From an uncultured Mycoplasma sp. (lineage in GTDB: Bacteria > Bacillota_I > Bacilli_A > RF39 > UBA660), in assembly GCA_964538205.1 (NCBI GenBank), contig CAZIFN010000003.1:1-41126 (forward strand): 41,126 bases of DNA. Reading direction: 5' to 3'. This document shows, piece by piece, positions 22,632-33,411 of this stretch. Each line of letters begins with the position of its first letter. Positions within the stretch are counted from its first letter, which is position 1. The notes under the pieces are model-generated. The model did no database searches and was not told where the DNA came from. It saw only the letters and a list, made by a program, of their open reading frames with translations. Position numbers and translations under genes: made by a program.

Positions 22632-23942
22632 ATGAGTAAAGTAATAAAAAAGAATTTAAATAAAATAATAAGTATTTTTATTTTGATGCAACCAGTCATT
22701 GATTTAATAACTGGTATTTGTCTACATGTATTTTCCCTTAATTTAACACTTGGCATTATAATAAAAATATTATTCTTACTATTTATAATGTATACTACTA
22801 TTTTTATTTATAAAAAGAAATTATCCTTAATTTATTATTTAATATTTACTGCCTACAGTATTATTTATTTAATTAATATATTAGTATTTAAAAGCAATAT
22901 CTTTGGTGAAATACAAGGACTACTAAGAGTATTTTATTTTCCTTTACTATTAATATCTTTTTATGAATTAAAAGATGAAATAAAAATATCATCAGGAGTA
23001 CTTTTTGCAACTCTTACTTTATATTTAATATTTATTTTTATTCCAATAATTCTTAATACTGGATTTAAAAGTTATGAAATAACTAAATCTGGTACTTTAG
23101 GTTATTATAATTCAGCAAATGAAATATCTGGAATTATCTCTATACTAACACCTATAATTTTTATACTATTTAATAGTAAAAATAAAGTAATATTTAAAAC
23201 ACTATATATATTACTATACCTAGTAGTAATCTTAACTATAGGTACTAAAACACCATTATTATCTTTATTAATAACTCTAGCAATGACTTTTATATATATA
23301 ATGATAAAATCATATAAAAATAAAAAATATAAACGTATCTTATCATCATTTATAATTATTATACTAGGTATTGTAAGTTTAGTAATATTAATACCAAAAA
23401 CTAATTTCTATAAAAATATCATAGTACACTTAGACTATTTAAAAGTAAAAAATGTAACTGATATTATAGATAATGGTAATTTAATTGATCACTTTATATT
23501 TAGTCAAAGAGTAACATTCTATACTGATAGAAAAAGTATATATAATAATTCAAATATTTCAAAAAAATTATTTGGAATAGGCTATTATTACAATAATAAA
23601 GAAGATAAACTAATTGAGATGGATTATTTTGATATATATTTTAATCATGGAATAATAGGTTTCATTATCTTCTTTAGTCCTTATTTATATATTTTAATAA
23701 AAATGACTAAACCAAAAAGAAAACTAGACTTTAATTTATATATGTTAAATATAAGTATTCTATTAATACTATTCTTATCACTGTTTACAGGACACATAAT
23801 AACTTCACCATCAGTAAGTTTAATAGTATGTTCTATAATGATGTTAATCATAAATATAAAAAAGAAAAAAACAATTACATCTATAGATGATATTTATAAT
23901 TATTTTATAAAAATAAAAAAATTAAAGGAGGAGAAAATATAA
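22632..23942 (+). CDS. O-antigen ligase/Wzy-like polytopic membrane protein
   Basis: About 12 TMs; GYYNSANEISG, IGTKTP, IEMDYFDIYFNHGIIG, FTGH. Confidence 0.8.
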   Translation: MSKVIKKNLNKIISIFILMQPVIDLITGICLHVFSLNLTLGIIIKILFLLFIMYTTIFIYKKKLSLIYYLIFTAYSIIYLINILVFKSNIFGEIQGLLRVFYFPLLLISFYELKDEIKISSGVLFATLTLYLIFIFIPIILNTGFKSYEITKSGTLGYYNSANEISGIISILTPIIFILFNSKNKVIFKTLYILLYLVVILTIGTKTPLLSLLITLAMTFIYIMIKSYKNKKYKRILSSFIIIILGIVSLVILIPKTNFYKNIIVHLDYLKVKNVTDIIDNGNLIDHFIFSQRVTFYTDRKSIYNNSNISKKLFGIGYYYNNKEDKLIEMDYFDIYFNHGIIGFIIFFSPYLYILIKMTKPKRKLDFNLYMLNISILLILFLSLFTGHIITSPSVSLIVCSIMMLIINIKKKKTITSIDDIYNYFIKIKKLKEEKI

Positions 23943-24887
23943 ATGCCAGATATAAGTATTATTGTTCCAATTTATAATGCAGAAAAATATTTAAATAAAT
24001 GTATTGATACATTATTATGTCAAACAAAAAATGAACTAGAATTTATTCTCATAAATGATGGTTCAACAGATAGAACTGATGAAATCATAAGAAAATATAA
24101 AGATAAAAGAATAAAATATTATAAAAATAAAAATCAAGGAATTGGCAAAACTAGAAACTTTGGTATATCAAAATCAACTGGTAAATATATAATGTTCATT
24201 GATAGTGATGATTATCTAGAAGAAAATACTTGTCAAACATTATATGATAAAGCCATAAAAGAAAATGCAGATTTAGTTATTTGTGACTTCTATAAAGTAT
24301 ATTATCCTACTAATAGAATAGAAGAAGTAAAACTATTAGATTTTAAAAATACAACTTTAAAAGAAAATCCAAAATTAATTAATGAAGTTAACTTATCACC
24401 ATGGAATAAATTATATAAAAGAGAATTAATTACTAAAAATAAAATAAAATTTGTTGAAGACTTAAAATATGAAGATGCACCATTTGTAATAAAAGCTATT
24501 TCTAAAGCTAAAAAGATTACTAAAGTAAATGAATGCTTAAACTATTATGTAATTCATGGTAATAGTGAAACAACCGTAAGAGATAGAAGATGCTTTGATA
24601 TTTTAAAAATAATAGAAATTATAAGAACTGAGTTTCATAAAGAAAAATACTTAAAAGAAGAAATAGATAAATTAACAGTTAGAATAATTACTAATTATAC
24701 AATTCAACAAAGAAATCAAAAAGATAAGAAAATAGGAATGGATTTTATTGATGAAGCTTTTATATATTTAAAAAATAAAGTACCAGATTATAAAAATAAT
24801 AAATACTATCAAGGAAGAAGTATTTTAAAAAGAATGATAGAAAAAAATAAATTACTAACAAAAGTATACTGTAAATTATATAAATAA
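23943..24887 (+). CDS. GT2 glycosyltransferase
   Basis: ISIIVPIYN, INDGSTD, FIDSDD, SPWNKLY, YED. Confidence 0.95.
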   Translation: MPDISIIVPIYNAEKYLNKCIDTLLCQTKNELEFILINDGSTDRTDEIIRKYKDKRIKYYKNKNQGIGKTRNFGISKSTGKYIMFIDSDDYLEENTCQTLYDKAIKENADLVICDFYKVYYPTNRIEEVKLLDFKNTTLKENPKLINEVNLSPWNKLYKRELITKNKIKFVEDLKYEDAPFVIKAISKAKKITKVNECLNYYVIHGNSETTVRDRRCFDILKIIEIIRTEFHKEKYLKEEIDKLTVRIITNYTIQQRNQKDKKIGMDFIDEAFIYLKNKVPDYKNNKYYQGRSILKRMIEKNKLLTKVYCKLYK

Positions 24888-24901
24888 TATTATTAATTGT
24901 A

Positions 24902-24925
24902 ACGACAAATTTATAAATTTGTCGT
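24902..24925. promoter_or_regulatory. Perfect 24-bp palindrome (terminator or operator)
   Basis: ACGACAAATTTATAAATTTGTCGT just upstream of TTGCTA-16-TATAAT (24934-24961). Confidence 0.5.
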
Positions 24926-24998
24926 CTATTTAGTTGCTAAAAAATAATATTTGTGTATAATAATAGTCAGTATTTTACTAATGAATGGAGTGTTAACT

Positions 24999-27422
24999 AT
25001 GAAGTATATAATAGGTTATTTTAGAAAATGCGATATATTAACAATGCTTGGAACAACAATTGCCTTTTTAGGAATGTATTGTGCTTTTAAATCCCATTTT
25101 TGTTTAGCAGCATTTTGTCTTTTTCTATGCGGAGTATGTGATTCTTTTGATGGAACATTAGCTAGAAAATATAAATATAATAAATGTCAAAAAGAATATG
25201 GTGTTCAACTAGACTCTTTATCCGATGTAATATGTTTTGGAGTATTACCAGCTATTATTACAGTCTTAATATCAAATGGATTTTTAAGTGTAATAGTCTG
25301 CATATTTTATATGCTTGCAGGCGTTATAAGATTAGCATATTTTAATATGTTACATACAACTAAAACAGGAAAAACAGGAGAATACATTGGTCTACCAATA
25401 ACAACAGTTGCTATTGTATATCCAGTAGTTTTAGTATCATTAAGATTAATTAATTCGCAATTATTAAGTAAAGTATTACCAGTAATTTTATTAATACTAG
25501 GAATATTATTTATATCTAAATTCAAATTAAAAAAACCAAATGCAAGTAAAATAGCATCTAAAATTCTTAATAAATATACTATTAATTTAATAGCCTTACC
25601 AATGTTTATAGTATTAGCAAGTGATATGTTTTATAGAATGAAAACATATGCTGTGATTTATAATATAGAATTATCTATCTTTAGTATTTTTAATCATTTC
25701 CTACCATTCTTATTAATGTATATTCTTGTTACTTTGATATTCATAATAATTAATAGTCTAACAAACAGAAGTAAAATAACAAAAATAATTCTTTTAAGTA
25801 TAACATTAATACTATTAATAATAAATGATATAAAATTAAATATCATGGGTATTCCAATAGAACTATCAGATGTTAATTATTTAAATCCTGATGGTATGAG
25901 TATGATGGCAACAGCAACAACTACAATTGGAAACTGGATATGGCTCACAATTATAAAAAGCATCATCTTTGTAGCAATAAGTATTGGTTTAATCTATACA
26001 GATAAATTTACAAAACTATCTATAAAAAGTATTCCAAAAAGATTAATTGTCTTACTTATCAGTGCTTTAGCATTTGCAGGAATAGTATTTGCTATGAACG
26101 ACAAATATAGATTCTTTATTACAGATATTTATAACACAGAAAAGAAAACATTAGATCAGTATATATCAGTTACAGAGTTTACCGATGAATTTGGACTTTA
26201 CCAAGGAATAATTTTATCAGCAATATCAAAAAGAGATTTAGTAGAAACAGAATATAGTAAACAATATGTAAATAAGTTATTATATTCATATGATAAAGTA
26301 TCTCAATCTGGAAGTTGGGGAAAAGCTAATGTAGTCTTTCTATTATCAGAGTCATTTTCCGACTTAGAAAATGTTAAAGAAATTGAGTTTGATAAACCAT
26401 TAATGAAAGAAATTAATAGCTATGAAAAAGATAAAGATAAAATGGTATTTGATTTATTAGTTCCAACTAAAGGAGGAGCAAGTGTCAATACTGAATTTGA
26501 AATATTAACAGGAGCTTCCCTTTCATTTTGGACTCAAGGAACAATACCTTATAATGAATATTATAATAAGGAAACAGGAAAAAAAGCACCTAATATTATC
26601 AAAGAATTTAATAATAATGGCTATACAACCGTATATCTAACTCCTTGGGGCGAAACATCTTATAATAGTAAAACAAATTATGAACTATTTGGAGCAACAA
26701 AGACTATCTATGGGAAAGACTTAAAAGGAAATAAAAAAGGAAATTATTATTCAGATGAATCATTTATGAAAGATATTTATAACGAATTAAAAGATACAAG
26801 TAAAGGAAATTATAAATTTATTATGGCAGCCTCTGGTCAAAATCATTTCCCATATCCAACAGATAAATATTCAAAATATGACATAAATGTAACAAATACA
26901 AGTTATTCTAAAGAAGGAACAGCAATGCTTAAAAGCTATGCTCAAGGTTTATATGATGCATCAAAAGAATTAAATAATTTATATGAAATGATTCAAGATT
27001 TAGATGTACCAACAATTATAGTCTTCTTTGGTGATCACTTACCATATATAGTTGATAGTAATGGAGTAGATTTATATTTAGCTTCAAGTTACTTTAATAC
27101 AGATGATGAACAACTTAATTACATGAGGAAATTTACAACTAAAGCCGTAATACTATCTAACTATGATATAGAAACAGATGATATAGAATATATGAATGCT
27201 AGTTATCTAGGAGCATATGTTTTAAATAAACTAGATTTAAATATTTCAAATTACTTTAAATATATAGAATCAACTAGAACTAAGATACCAGTATTTAATA
27301 GACAAGTACTATATAAAGATAAAAATATAATTTCTCTTGATAAGTTAGAATATGACGATCAAAAAGCAATCAAAGATTACAAATATGTTCAATATGGTAG
27401 TTTCTATGACTACACTAACTAA
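24999..27422 (+). CDS. Fusion of a PssA-like CDP-alcohol phosphatidyltransferase and an LtaS-family (sulfatase-fold) phospho-headgroup transferase
   Basis: N-terminal DSFDGTLAR..GVQLDSLSD, IRLAYFN, YIGLP; C-terminal NVVFLLSESF, GGASVNTEFEILTG, QNHFPY, FFGDH; ATG 24999 with GGAG SD (track start 24951 overlaps the -10 box). Confidence 0.85.
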   Translation: MKYIIGYFRKCDILTMLGTTIAFLGMYCAFKSHFCLAAFCLFLCGVCDSFDGTLARKYKYNKCQKEYGVQLDSLSDVICFGVLPAIITVLISNGFLSVIVCIFYMLAGVIRLAYFNMLHTTKTGKTGEYIGLPITTVAIVYPVVLVSLRLINSQLLSKVLPVILLILGILFISKFKLKKPNASKIASKILNKYTINLIALPMFIVLASDMFYRMKTYAVIYNIELSIFSIFNHFLPFLLMYILVTLIFIIINSLTNRSKITKIILLSITLILLIINDIKLNIMGIPIELSDVNYLNPDGMSMMATATTTIGNWIWLTIIKSIIFVAISIGLIYTDKFTKLSIKSIPKRLIVLLISALAFAGIVFAMNDKYRFFITDIYNTEKKTLDQYISVTEFTDEFGLYQGIILSAISKRDLVETEYSKQYVNKLLYSYDKVSQSGSWGKANVVFLLSESFSDLENVKEIEFDKPLMKEINSYEKDKDKMVFDLLVPTKGGASVNTEFEILTGASLSFWTQGTIPYNEYYNKETGKKAPNIIKEFNNNGYTTVYLTPWGETSYNSKTNYELFGATKTIYGKDLKGNKKGNYYSDESFMKDIYNELKDTSKGNYKFIMAASGQNHFPYPTDKYSKYDINVTNTSYSKEGTAMLKSYAQGLYDASKELNNLYEMIQDLDVPTIIVFFGDHLPYIVDSNGVDLYLASSYFNTDDEQLNYMRKFTTKAVILSNYDIETDDIEYMNASYLGAYVLNKLDLNISNYFKYIESTRTKIPVFNRQVLYKDKNIISLDKLEYDDQKAIKDYKYVQYGSFYDYTN

Positions 27423-27834
27423 AAAGAAAATAAAAAGGCTTCTTAAAAGTAAACCAGCTAAATATGTTTATATTGCAACAATAACAACAATTATTAATGT
27501 TCTTATATATTTACTTAGTTATCATGTAATTATAAGAAACGTTATCGTATCAAATGTAATAGCCTATATTTTTTCAATTACTGCATCATTTTTTCTAAAT
27601 AAAAAAGTTGTATATAAATGTAAAAGTAAAAAATATAAAAAACAAATACCAACATTTTTAGCTAGTAAAGCCTTATCATTTGCAATAGATTCACTTGTAC
27701 TAGTATGCTTAGATAAATATTTTAATATGAGTTCAATATTAGAAAAATTAATTTCTAATGCCTCAACTACAATATCAAACTATTTAATATGTGATAAAAT
27801 AGTATTTAAAGAAGAAAAGACTGCTTCAAAATAA
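27406..27834 (+). CDS. GtrA family small flippase-like protein
   Basis: 4 TMs, SNVIAYIFSITASFFLNKKVVY, NYLICDKIVFK; overlaps the end of the fusion gene; start uncertain. Confidence 0.85.
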   Translation: MTTLTKKKIKRLLKSKPAKYVYIATITTIINVLIYLLSYHVIIRNVIVSNVIAYIFSITASFFLNKKVVYKCKSKKYKKQIPTFLASKALSFAIDSLVLVCLDKYFNMSSILEKLISNASTTISNYLICDKIVFKEEKTASK

Positions 27835-27844
27835 GCAGTTTTTT
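27817..27844 (+). terminator. Intrinsic terminator
   Basis: ACTGCTT..AAGCAGT plus T-tract. Confidence 0.65.
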
Positions 27845-27968
27845 AAATTATTAATTTTATATTATAGGTTTACACCTAGTTTGACTATTATCTTTTTTCT
27901 ATGTTATAATCAAATAGTAGCTAGTGATTATTAATAACTATTATTTTCACTAAAAAAGGAGTTTAAAA

Positions 27969-28781
27969 ATGAATACATTAAAAAACATATGGCTTAACTT
28001 CAAAAAATATCAATTTTTAATGGGAAGACTTATTTCCCGAGATTTTAAAGTAAAATATAAAAGATCAGTACTTGGAATAGTATGGAGTCTTTTATATCCA
28101 ATACTTATGATGACCGTAATGGCAATAGTATTTTCACAAATGTTTAAGTTTAAAGTAGAGGGTGTAAACTATTTAGTTTATTTAATGACTGGTATTGTAA
28201 TGTTTAATTATTTTAGTGAAGCAACCAATACCGCTATGACCTCAGTAGTCTCAAATTTCTCATTAATAAATAAAGTTTACATACCTAAATATATTTTTCC
28301 AATATCAAAATGTATATTTGTAGGAATAAATTTTGTATTAACATTAATACCTTTATTTATTCTAATAATTATTACACAATTTGGACTAGGTCAATATCCA
28401 GCAAGTATTAACTGGTACTATTTAATATTACCATATATTTTTCTATGCCTATTTTTATTTTCAGCAGGAATAGGACTATTACTATCATGTGTATCAGTAT
28501 TTTTAAGAGATATGCTATATATTTATGGAATAGTTATAACAATTTGGAATTATTTTACTCCAGTATTTTATAGTTTAGAAATACTACCTGCATACCTTCA
28601 ACAATTATTTAAACTTAATCCATTATACCAATTTATAAATAGTGCTAGAGATATTTTATTATTTGGAAATTGTCCTTCAATAGCGACTTTATTAATAATA
28701 GGAGCAATAGGACTTGGTACTTTACTACTTGGTAGTATAGTATTTAAGAAAAATCAAGATAAATTTATCTACTATATATAG
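27969..28781 (+). CDS. wzm: Polysaccharide ABC exporter permease (Wzm/RgpC/TagG family)
   Basis: RDFKVKYKRSVLGIVWSLLYP, TPVFY, LNPLYQFI; promoter TTGACT 27881 / TATAAT 27905. Confidence 0.92.
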   Translation: MNTLKNIWLNFKKYQFLMGRLISRDFKVKYKRSVLGIVWSLLYPILMMTVMAIVFSQMFKFKVEGVNYLVYLMTGIVMFNYFSEATNTAMTSVVSNFSLINKVYIPKYIFPISKCIFVGINFVLTLIPLFILIIITQFGLGQYPASINWYYLILPYIFLCLFLFSAGIGLLLSCVSVFLRDMLYIYGIVITIWNYFTPVFYSLEILPAYLQQLFKLNPLYQFINSARDILLFGNCPSIATLLIIGAIGLGTLLLGSIVFKKNQDKFIYYI

Positions 28782-28798
28782 GAAAGAAGGAATATATA

Positions 28799-29536
28799 AT
28801 GATAAAAATAGAACATGTATCGATGAAGTTTAACTTAGGAATTGAGAAAAACTATTCAATAAAAGAAGCATTTATATCAGTTTTTGATAAAAAAAGAAGG
28901 CAAAAGCGTACTGAGTTTTGGGCCTTAGAAGATATTTCATTTGAAGTAGCACCAGGAGAAGTTGTAGGTCTAATTGGAAGTAATGGAGCAGGAAAATCAA
29001 CTTTATTAAAAGTTGTCTCTGGAGTAATGAAACCAACAAAAGGAAAAGTAACAGTAAATGGAGTTATATCTCCTATGATAGAATTAGGTGCTGGTTTTGA
29101 CTTAGAACTAACAGCTCGTGAAAACATATTTTTAAATGGAGCTATTCTTGGTTATTCTAAAAAATTCTTAGAAGAAAAATTTGATGATATTGTTGAATTT
29201 TCAGAATTAAAAGATTTTCTAGATGTTCCAGTTAAAAACTTTTCATCAGGTATGACTGCTAAATTAGCTTTTTCAATCGCAACTGTTGTAAATCCTGAGA
29301 TACTTATTGTAGATGAAATATTATCAGTTGGAGATATAAAATTTCAAGAAAAGAGTAAAGAAAAAATGCTTGAAATGATAAAAGGTGGAACAACTGTGCT
29401 ATATGTATCACATTCTCTAGAATCAATCAAAGAACTGTGTGATAAAGTAGTTTGGATTGAACATGGAAAATTAATAAAAACGGGTAATACAAAAAAAATA
29501 TGTGATGAATATTATAAAAAGCAGATGGGCGTTTAA
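28799..29536 (+). CDS. wzt: Polysaccharide ABC exporter ATPase (Wzt/TagH family) without a C-terminal binding domain
   Basis: GSNGAGKST, FSSGM, ILIVDE, VSH; 245 aa. Confidence 0.95.
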   Translation: MIKIEHVSMKFNLGIEKNYSIKEAFISVFDKKRRQKRTEFWALEDISFEVAPGEVVGLIGSNGAGKSTLLKVVSGVMKPTKGKVTVNGVISPMIELGAGFDLELTARENIFLNGAILGYSKKFLEEKFDDIVEFSELKDFLDVPVKNFSSGMTAKLAFSIATVVNPEILIVDEILSVGDIKFQEKSKEKMLEMIKGGTTVLYVSHSLESIKELCDKVVWIEHGKLIKTGNTKKICDEYYKKQMGV

Positions 29537-29547
29537 AAGGAGAAAAC

Positions 29548-31194
29548 ATGAAAAAAATATTGTTTGTGAATAACTTAGATTTGCCAGGAAAAAGATGGAA
29601 TGGCTTCGATTTAATGAAAAATTTAAATAAAGGCAATGAATTTAGTGCAAAACAAATTATTATTGATAAGCAATCTAATGATATAAATGTAAAAACGTTT
29701 TTTAAAACTTATGAAGAAAAAGATAAATTTTATAAAATGCTAGAATTTGAAGACGAAAAGCTATCTATTCATTCGTGTTTTTCTTTAACTTCTCCTGCCT
29801 TAGAACAAAGCGAGTTTTTTAAAGAGGCAGACTTAGTACATTATCATTTATTACATGATAGTAGAATTTCCCTTTATTCTTTATTAAATTTATGTGGTAA
29901 GAAAAAAAGCGTTTTTACTATTCACGATCCATGGTTTTTTACTGGAAGATGTGTTCATTTTGATGACTGTGATGGCTGGAAAACTGGTTGTAGGAATTGC
30001 CCAAATCTTAATTCCATTTATAAAATGAAAGAAGATAATTGTAATGATTTATGGAATTTGAAGAATAAAGTTTATCATAGTATTAATGCTGATTTAATAG
30101 TAACAACTCCTTATATGTATGAACTTGCTAAAACCTCTCCATTAACTAAAGATTTTAAGCATATACATTTAATACCGCTTGGAATAGACTTGAAAAAATT
30201 TAATAATAATATATCTAAAAAGAAAGCAAGAAGAAAATTTGGTATTAATGAAAATGACATTGTGCTTTTTTTAAGGGCACAGGACGCCTTTAAGGGAACT
30301 GAGTACGTCTTAGAAGCACTAAAAAAGTTAAATATTGATAAAAAAATTACAGTTATAACTTGTCATACAAAACATTTATTAGATGAGGTAAAAGATAAAT
30401 ACAGAGTAATTGATTTAGGATTTTTAAATACAAAAGATTTACTTTATGCATATAATGCCTGTGATATATTTTTAATGCCATCTACAGGAGAAAGTTTTGG
30501 CTTCATGGCTGTTGAAGCAATGGCTTGTCATAAGCCTGTAATTGTTTTTAATAACACAGCTTTACCATATGTTACTGGTGCTCCGGAAATAGGATATTTA
30601 GTAAAAAATAAAAATTCTAATGAATTAAAAAAAGCAATTGAGTTTTTAGTGTCAAACGAAAGTGAAAGAATTATAAGAGGAGAAAAGGGAAGAAAATATG
30701 TAGAAGAACATTTTGATATAAATGTCACTAATCAAAAGCTAATAGAAGTATATAATGAGATAATTAATAGAAAAAAAGAAAACAAAAAAAGACATATCAT
30801 AGAAGATAATCATGAATATGATAATTTAATTAAATATAAATTAAATGAATTAACTGCAAGTACTTATGAACCAAGCCAAGCTGAATATAAAAAACTTTAT
30901 TATAACAGCGTGAAAATTGCTAATAATAAAAAAATAGACTATTCTAATTTAAATGTACAAAAAATAATAGATGATTATAATAATGAAATGTATAGAATAC
31001 AAAGTGAAAAAAATAATAGAATATTAAAAGATTACAATGACTTAAATATTTATATGAAAGTAAAGCATATTATCTATTGTTTTCGTGAAGACAAAATAAG
31101 ATTAAAAACAATATTTTCATTAAAATTAGACAAACACCCGAAGTTAGATAAATTTATTAGGAGTATATATAAAAAAGCAAAAAGGAGTAATTGA
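29548..31194 (+). CDS. GT4 glycosyltransferase (WcaC-like, Cys cluster) with C-terminal extension
   Basis: TIHDPWFFTGRCVHFDDCDGWKTGCRNCP; ESFGFMAVEAMAC. Confidence 0.9.
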   Translation: MKKILFVNNLDLPGKRWNGFDLMKNLNKGNEFSAKQIIIDKQSNDINVKTFFKTYEEKDKFYKMLEFEDEKLSIHSCFSLTSPALEQSEFFKEADLVHYHLLHDSRISLYSLLNLCGKKKSVFTIHDPWFFTGRCVHFDDCDGWKTGCRNCPNLNSIYKMKEDNCNDLWNLKNKVYHSINADLIVTTPYMYELAKTSPLTKDFKHIHLIPLGIDLKKFNNNISKKKARRKFGINENDIVLFLRAQDAFKGTEYVLEALKKLNIDKKITVITCHTKHLLDEVKDKYRVIDLGFLNTKDLLYAYNACDIFLMPSTGESFGFMAVEAMACHKPVIVFNNTALPYVTGAPEIGYLVKNKNSNELKKAIEFLVSNESERIIRGEKGRKYVEEHFDINVTNQKLIEVYNEIINRKKENKKRHIIEDNHEYDNLIKYKLNELTASTYEPSQAEYKKLYYNSVKIANNKKIDYSNLNVQKIIDDYNNEMYRIQSEKNNRILKDYNDLNIYMKVKHIIYCFREDKIRLKTIFSLKLDKHPKLDKFIRSIYKKAKRSN

Positions 31195-32252
31195 TTATGA
31201 AAAATGATTTAATAACAGTTATAATGCCATGTTATAACACTGAAAGATATATTAACCAAGCAATAGAAAGTATTTTAAATCAGACATATAAGAATTTTGA
31301 ATTAATTGTTATTGATGATGGATCTAATGATAAAACTTATGATTTAGCTAGAGAATATGAAAGAAAAGATAATAGAGTTAAAGTATTAAAAAATAAAAAC
31401 TCTAAAGGTATAGCGGGAGCTATGAATACTGGACTTGATCTTGCTAAAGGTAAGTATATTACTAGAATGGATAGTGATGATTTATCTAAACCAGAAAGAC
31501 TAATGAAACAATATAAATTTTTGTGTGAAAATAAAGAATACAATGCTTGTTCCGTTAATATATATGCAATAGATAAAAAAGGTAAAAGAAAAAGTGAAAC
31601 GTTATTTAAAAATATAAAGAATTTACCTAAAGAATGGATTATGATATATGACAACCCTGTACCTAATGCACCAATTATGTATAGTTCTAATATTATTAAA
31701 AAGAATAATTTAAAATTTGATGAAAAACTTAAAACGGCCGAAGACTATAGTTTCTTAAGTAATTATATTATTAATGGTGGAAAAATAACTATGTTAGAAG
31801 AATCATTATATGAATATAGATATCATAATACTAACATTTCTAAAAGTAATTATTTTATTACTGTTGAAAACTCAATTAAAGTTGTTGATAACTATATTAA
31901 AACCATGACCGATATAAGCGTTTCTAAATCATATTATTATTTTACTGTTTTTAAACAAAAAGATGATACTAAACAAAAAAAAGATATTAAGCAAAAGGAT
32001 GCTATTAAGATTAATTATTATAATATGTTTAAAGATATTGATAATATTTATTATAGATTAAAAGATAAGTATAATTGGAATGATAAAGAATCAAAAGCAA
32101 TTGAAGAAGATATTAGTAGATTATTCTTGGCATTGTATGATAAAATGAGTTCAAAAAATGAAACTATATTGCAAAGATTAAAAAGAAATTATAATGAATT
32201 AGGCTTTTTAGGAGTTATAAGAAAAATATTAAAAAAAATATTAAAAAGGTGA
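31191..32252 (+). CDS. GT2 glycosyltransferase
   Basis: ITVIMPCYN, IDDGS, RMDSDD, AEDY. Confidence 0.95.
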   Translation: MIMKNDLITVIMPCYNTERYINQAIESILNQTYKNFELIVIDDGSNDKTYDLAREYERKDNRVKVLKNKNSKGIAGAMNTGLDLAKGKYITRMDSDDLSKPERLMKQYKFLCENKEYNACSVNIYAIDKKGKRKSETLFKNIKNLPKEWIMIYDNPVPNAPIMYSSNIIKKNNLKFDEKLKTAEDYSFLSNYIINGGKITMLEESLYEYRYHNTNISKSNYFITVENSIKVVDNYIKTMTDISVSKSYYYFTVFKQKDDTKQKKDIKQKDAIKINYYNMFKDIDNIYYRLKDKYNWNDKESKAIEEDISRLFLALYDKMSSKNETILQRLKRNYNELGFLGVIRKILKKILKR

Positions 32253-32259
32253 TAAGTCT

Positions 32260-33381
32260 ATGCAAAAAATAACAATATTTTCTCTACACTTAGACTTCGG
32301 TGGTATAGAAAAATATATATCATACTTATGTAAAATGTTTGAAGAAGAATATGATATAGAAATAATATGTACATATAAATTAAATGATAAACCAGCTTTT
32401 AACTTTTCTGATAAAATAAAAATAAAATATCTTATTGATAAAGATTTAAAAGATAAAAGCATAAAAGATTTAATAAAGAAAAGAAAGTTTCTAAAAGCTC
32501 TTAAAGAAGTATTAAGAAGAATAAAAATTAAATATTTAGCTAACAAATTAAATAAAGAAGAAGCCAAAAAATTAAATACTGACTATGTAATAACTACAAG
32601 AGAAGAACATAATAAAATAATTAATAAATATGCACCTAAAAAAATAATAACTATCGCAACAGAACATAACTATCATAATAATGATAATAAATATGTAAAA
32701 AGACTTATTAAATCAGTAAGTAATTTTAATTATTTTATAATAAGTACAAAAGAATTATATGAATATTATAAAGATAAAGTTAATCCTAAATGCATTTTAA
32801 TTTCAAATCCAGTCATAATAGAAGGAAATAATAAATCTAAATTAAATAATAAAAATATAGTATCAGTAGGAAGACTTTCTCCCGAAAAAGGATTTGAAGA
32901 CTTATTAGACGTTATGAAAATAGTAACTAAATATGATAACAATATAAAACTTAATATTTGTGGCGATGGGTATTTAAGAAATAAAATAGAAGAAAAAATA
33001 AAAGTATTAAGACTAGAAAAAAATGTTAAACTATTAGGATTCGTTAAAGATAAAGAATTAGAAAATGCTTATCTAAATGCATCCTTATATGTAATGCCAA
33101 GTATTAGTGAATGTTTTGGGTTAGTATTGTTAGAAGCAATGCATTATGGACTACCATGTATAGCTTTTGATAATGCATCAGGTCCTAAAGAACTACTTTC
33201 AAAAAATACAGGTATATTAATAAAAAATAGGAATAAAGAAGATATGGCAAAAAGAATAGTTCAAATACTAAATGATAAAAAAGAATTACAAAAATACAGC
33301 AAACAATCTCTAATAAAAGTAAAAGATTATAGTATAGATAAAATATATAATACTTGGAAAAAAGAAATATTAGAAAAATAA
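32260..33381 (+). CDS. GT4 glycosyltransferase
   Basis: GGIEK, VGRLSPEKG, ECFGLVLLEAM. Confidence 0.95.
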   Translation: MQKITIFSLHLDFGGIEKYISYLCKMFEEEYDIEIICTYKLNDKPAFNFSDKIKIKYLIDKDLKDKSIKDLIKKRKFLKALKEVLRRIKIKYLANKLNKEEAKKLNTDYVITTREEHNKIINKYAPKKIITIATEHNYHNNDNKYVKRLIKSVSNFNYFIISTKELYEYYKDKVNPKCILISNPVIIEGNNKSKLNNKNIVSVGRLSPEKGFEDLLDVMKIVTKYDNNIKLNICGDGYLRNKIEEKIKVLRLEKNVKLLGFVKDKELENAYLNASLYVMPSISECFGLVLLEAMHYGLPCIAFDNASGPKELLSKNTGILIKNRNKEDMAKRIVQILNDKKELQKYSKQSLIKVKDYSIDKIYNTWKKEILEK

Positions 33382-33411
33382 AAGAGTTTCAAAAAAGAAA
33401 CTCTTTTAAAA
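33375..33411. repeat. Direct repeat copy 1 (bidirectional terminator)
   Basis: AAAATAAAAGAGTTTC-A6-GAAACTCTTTTAAAA; includes the GT4 stop codon. Confidence 0.9.
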
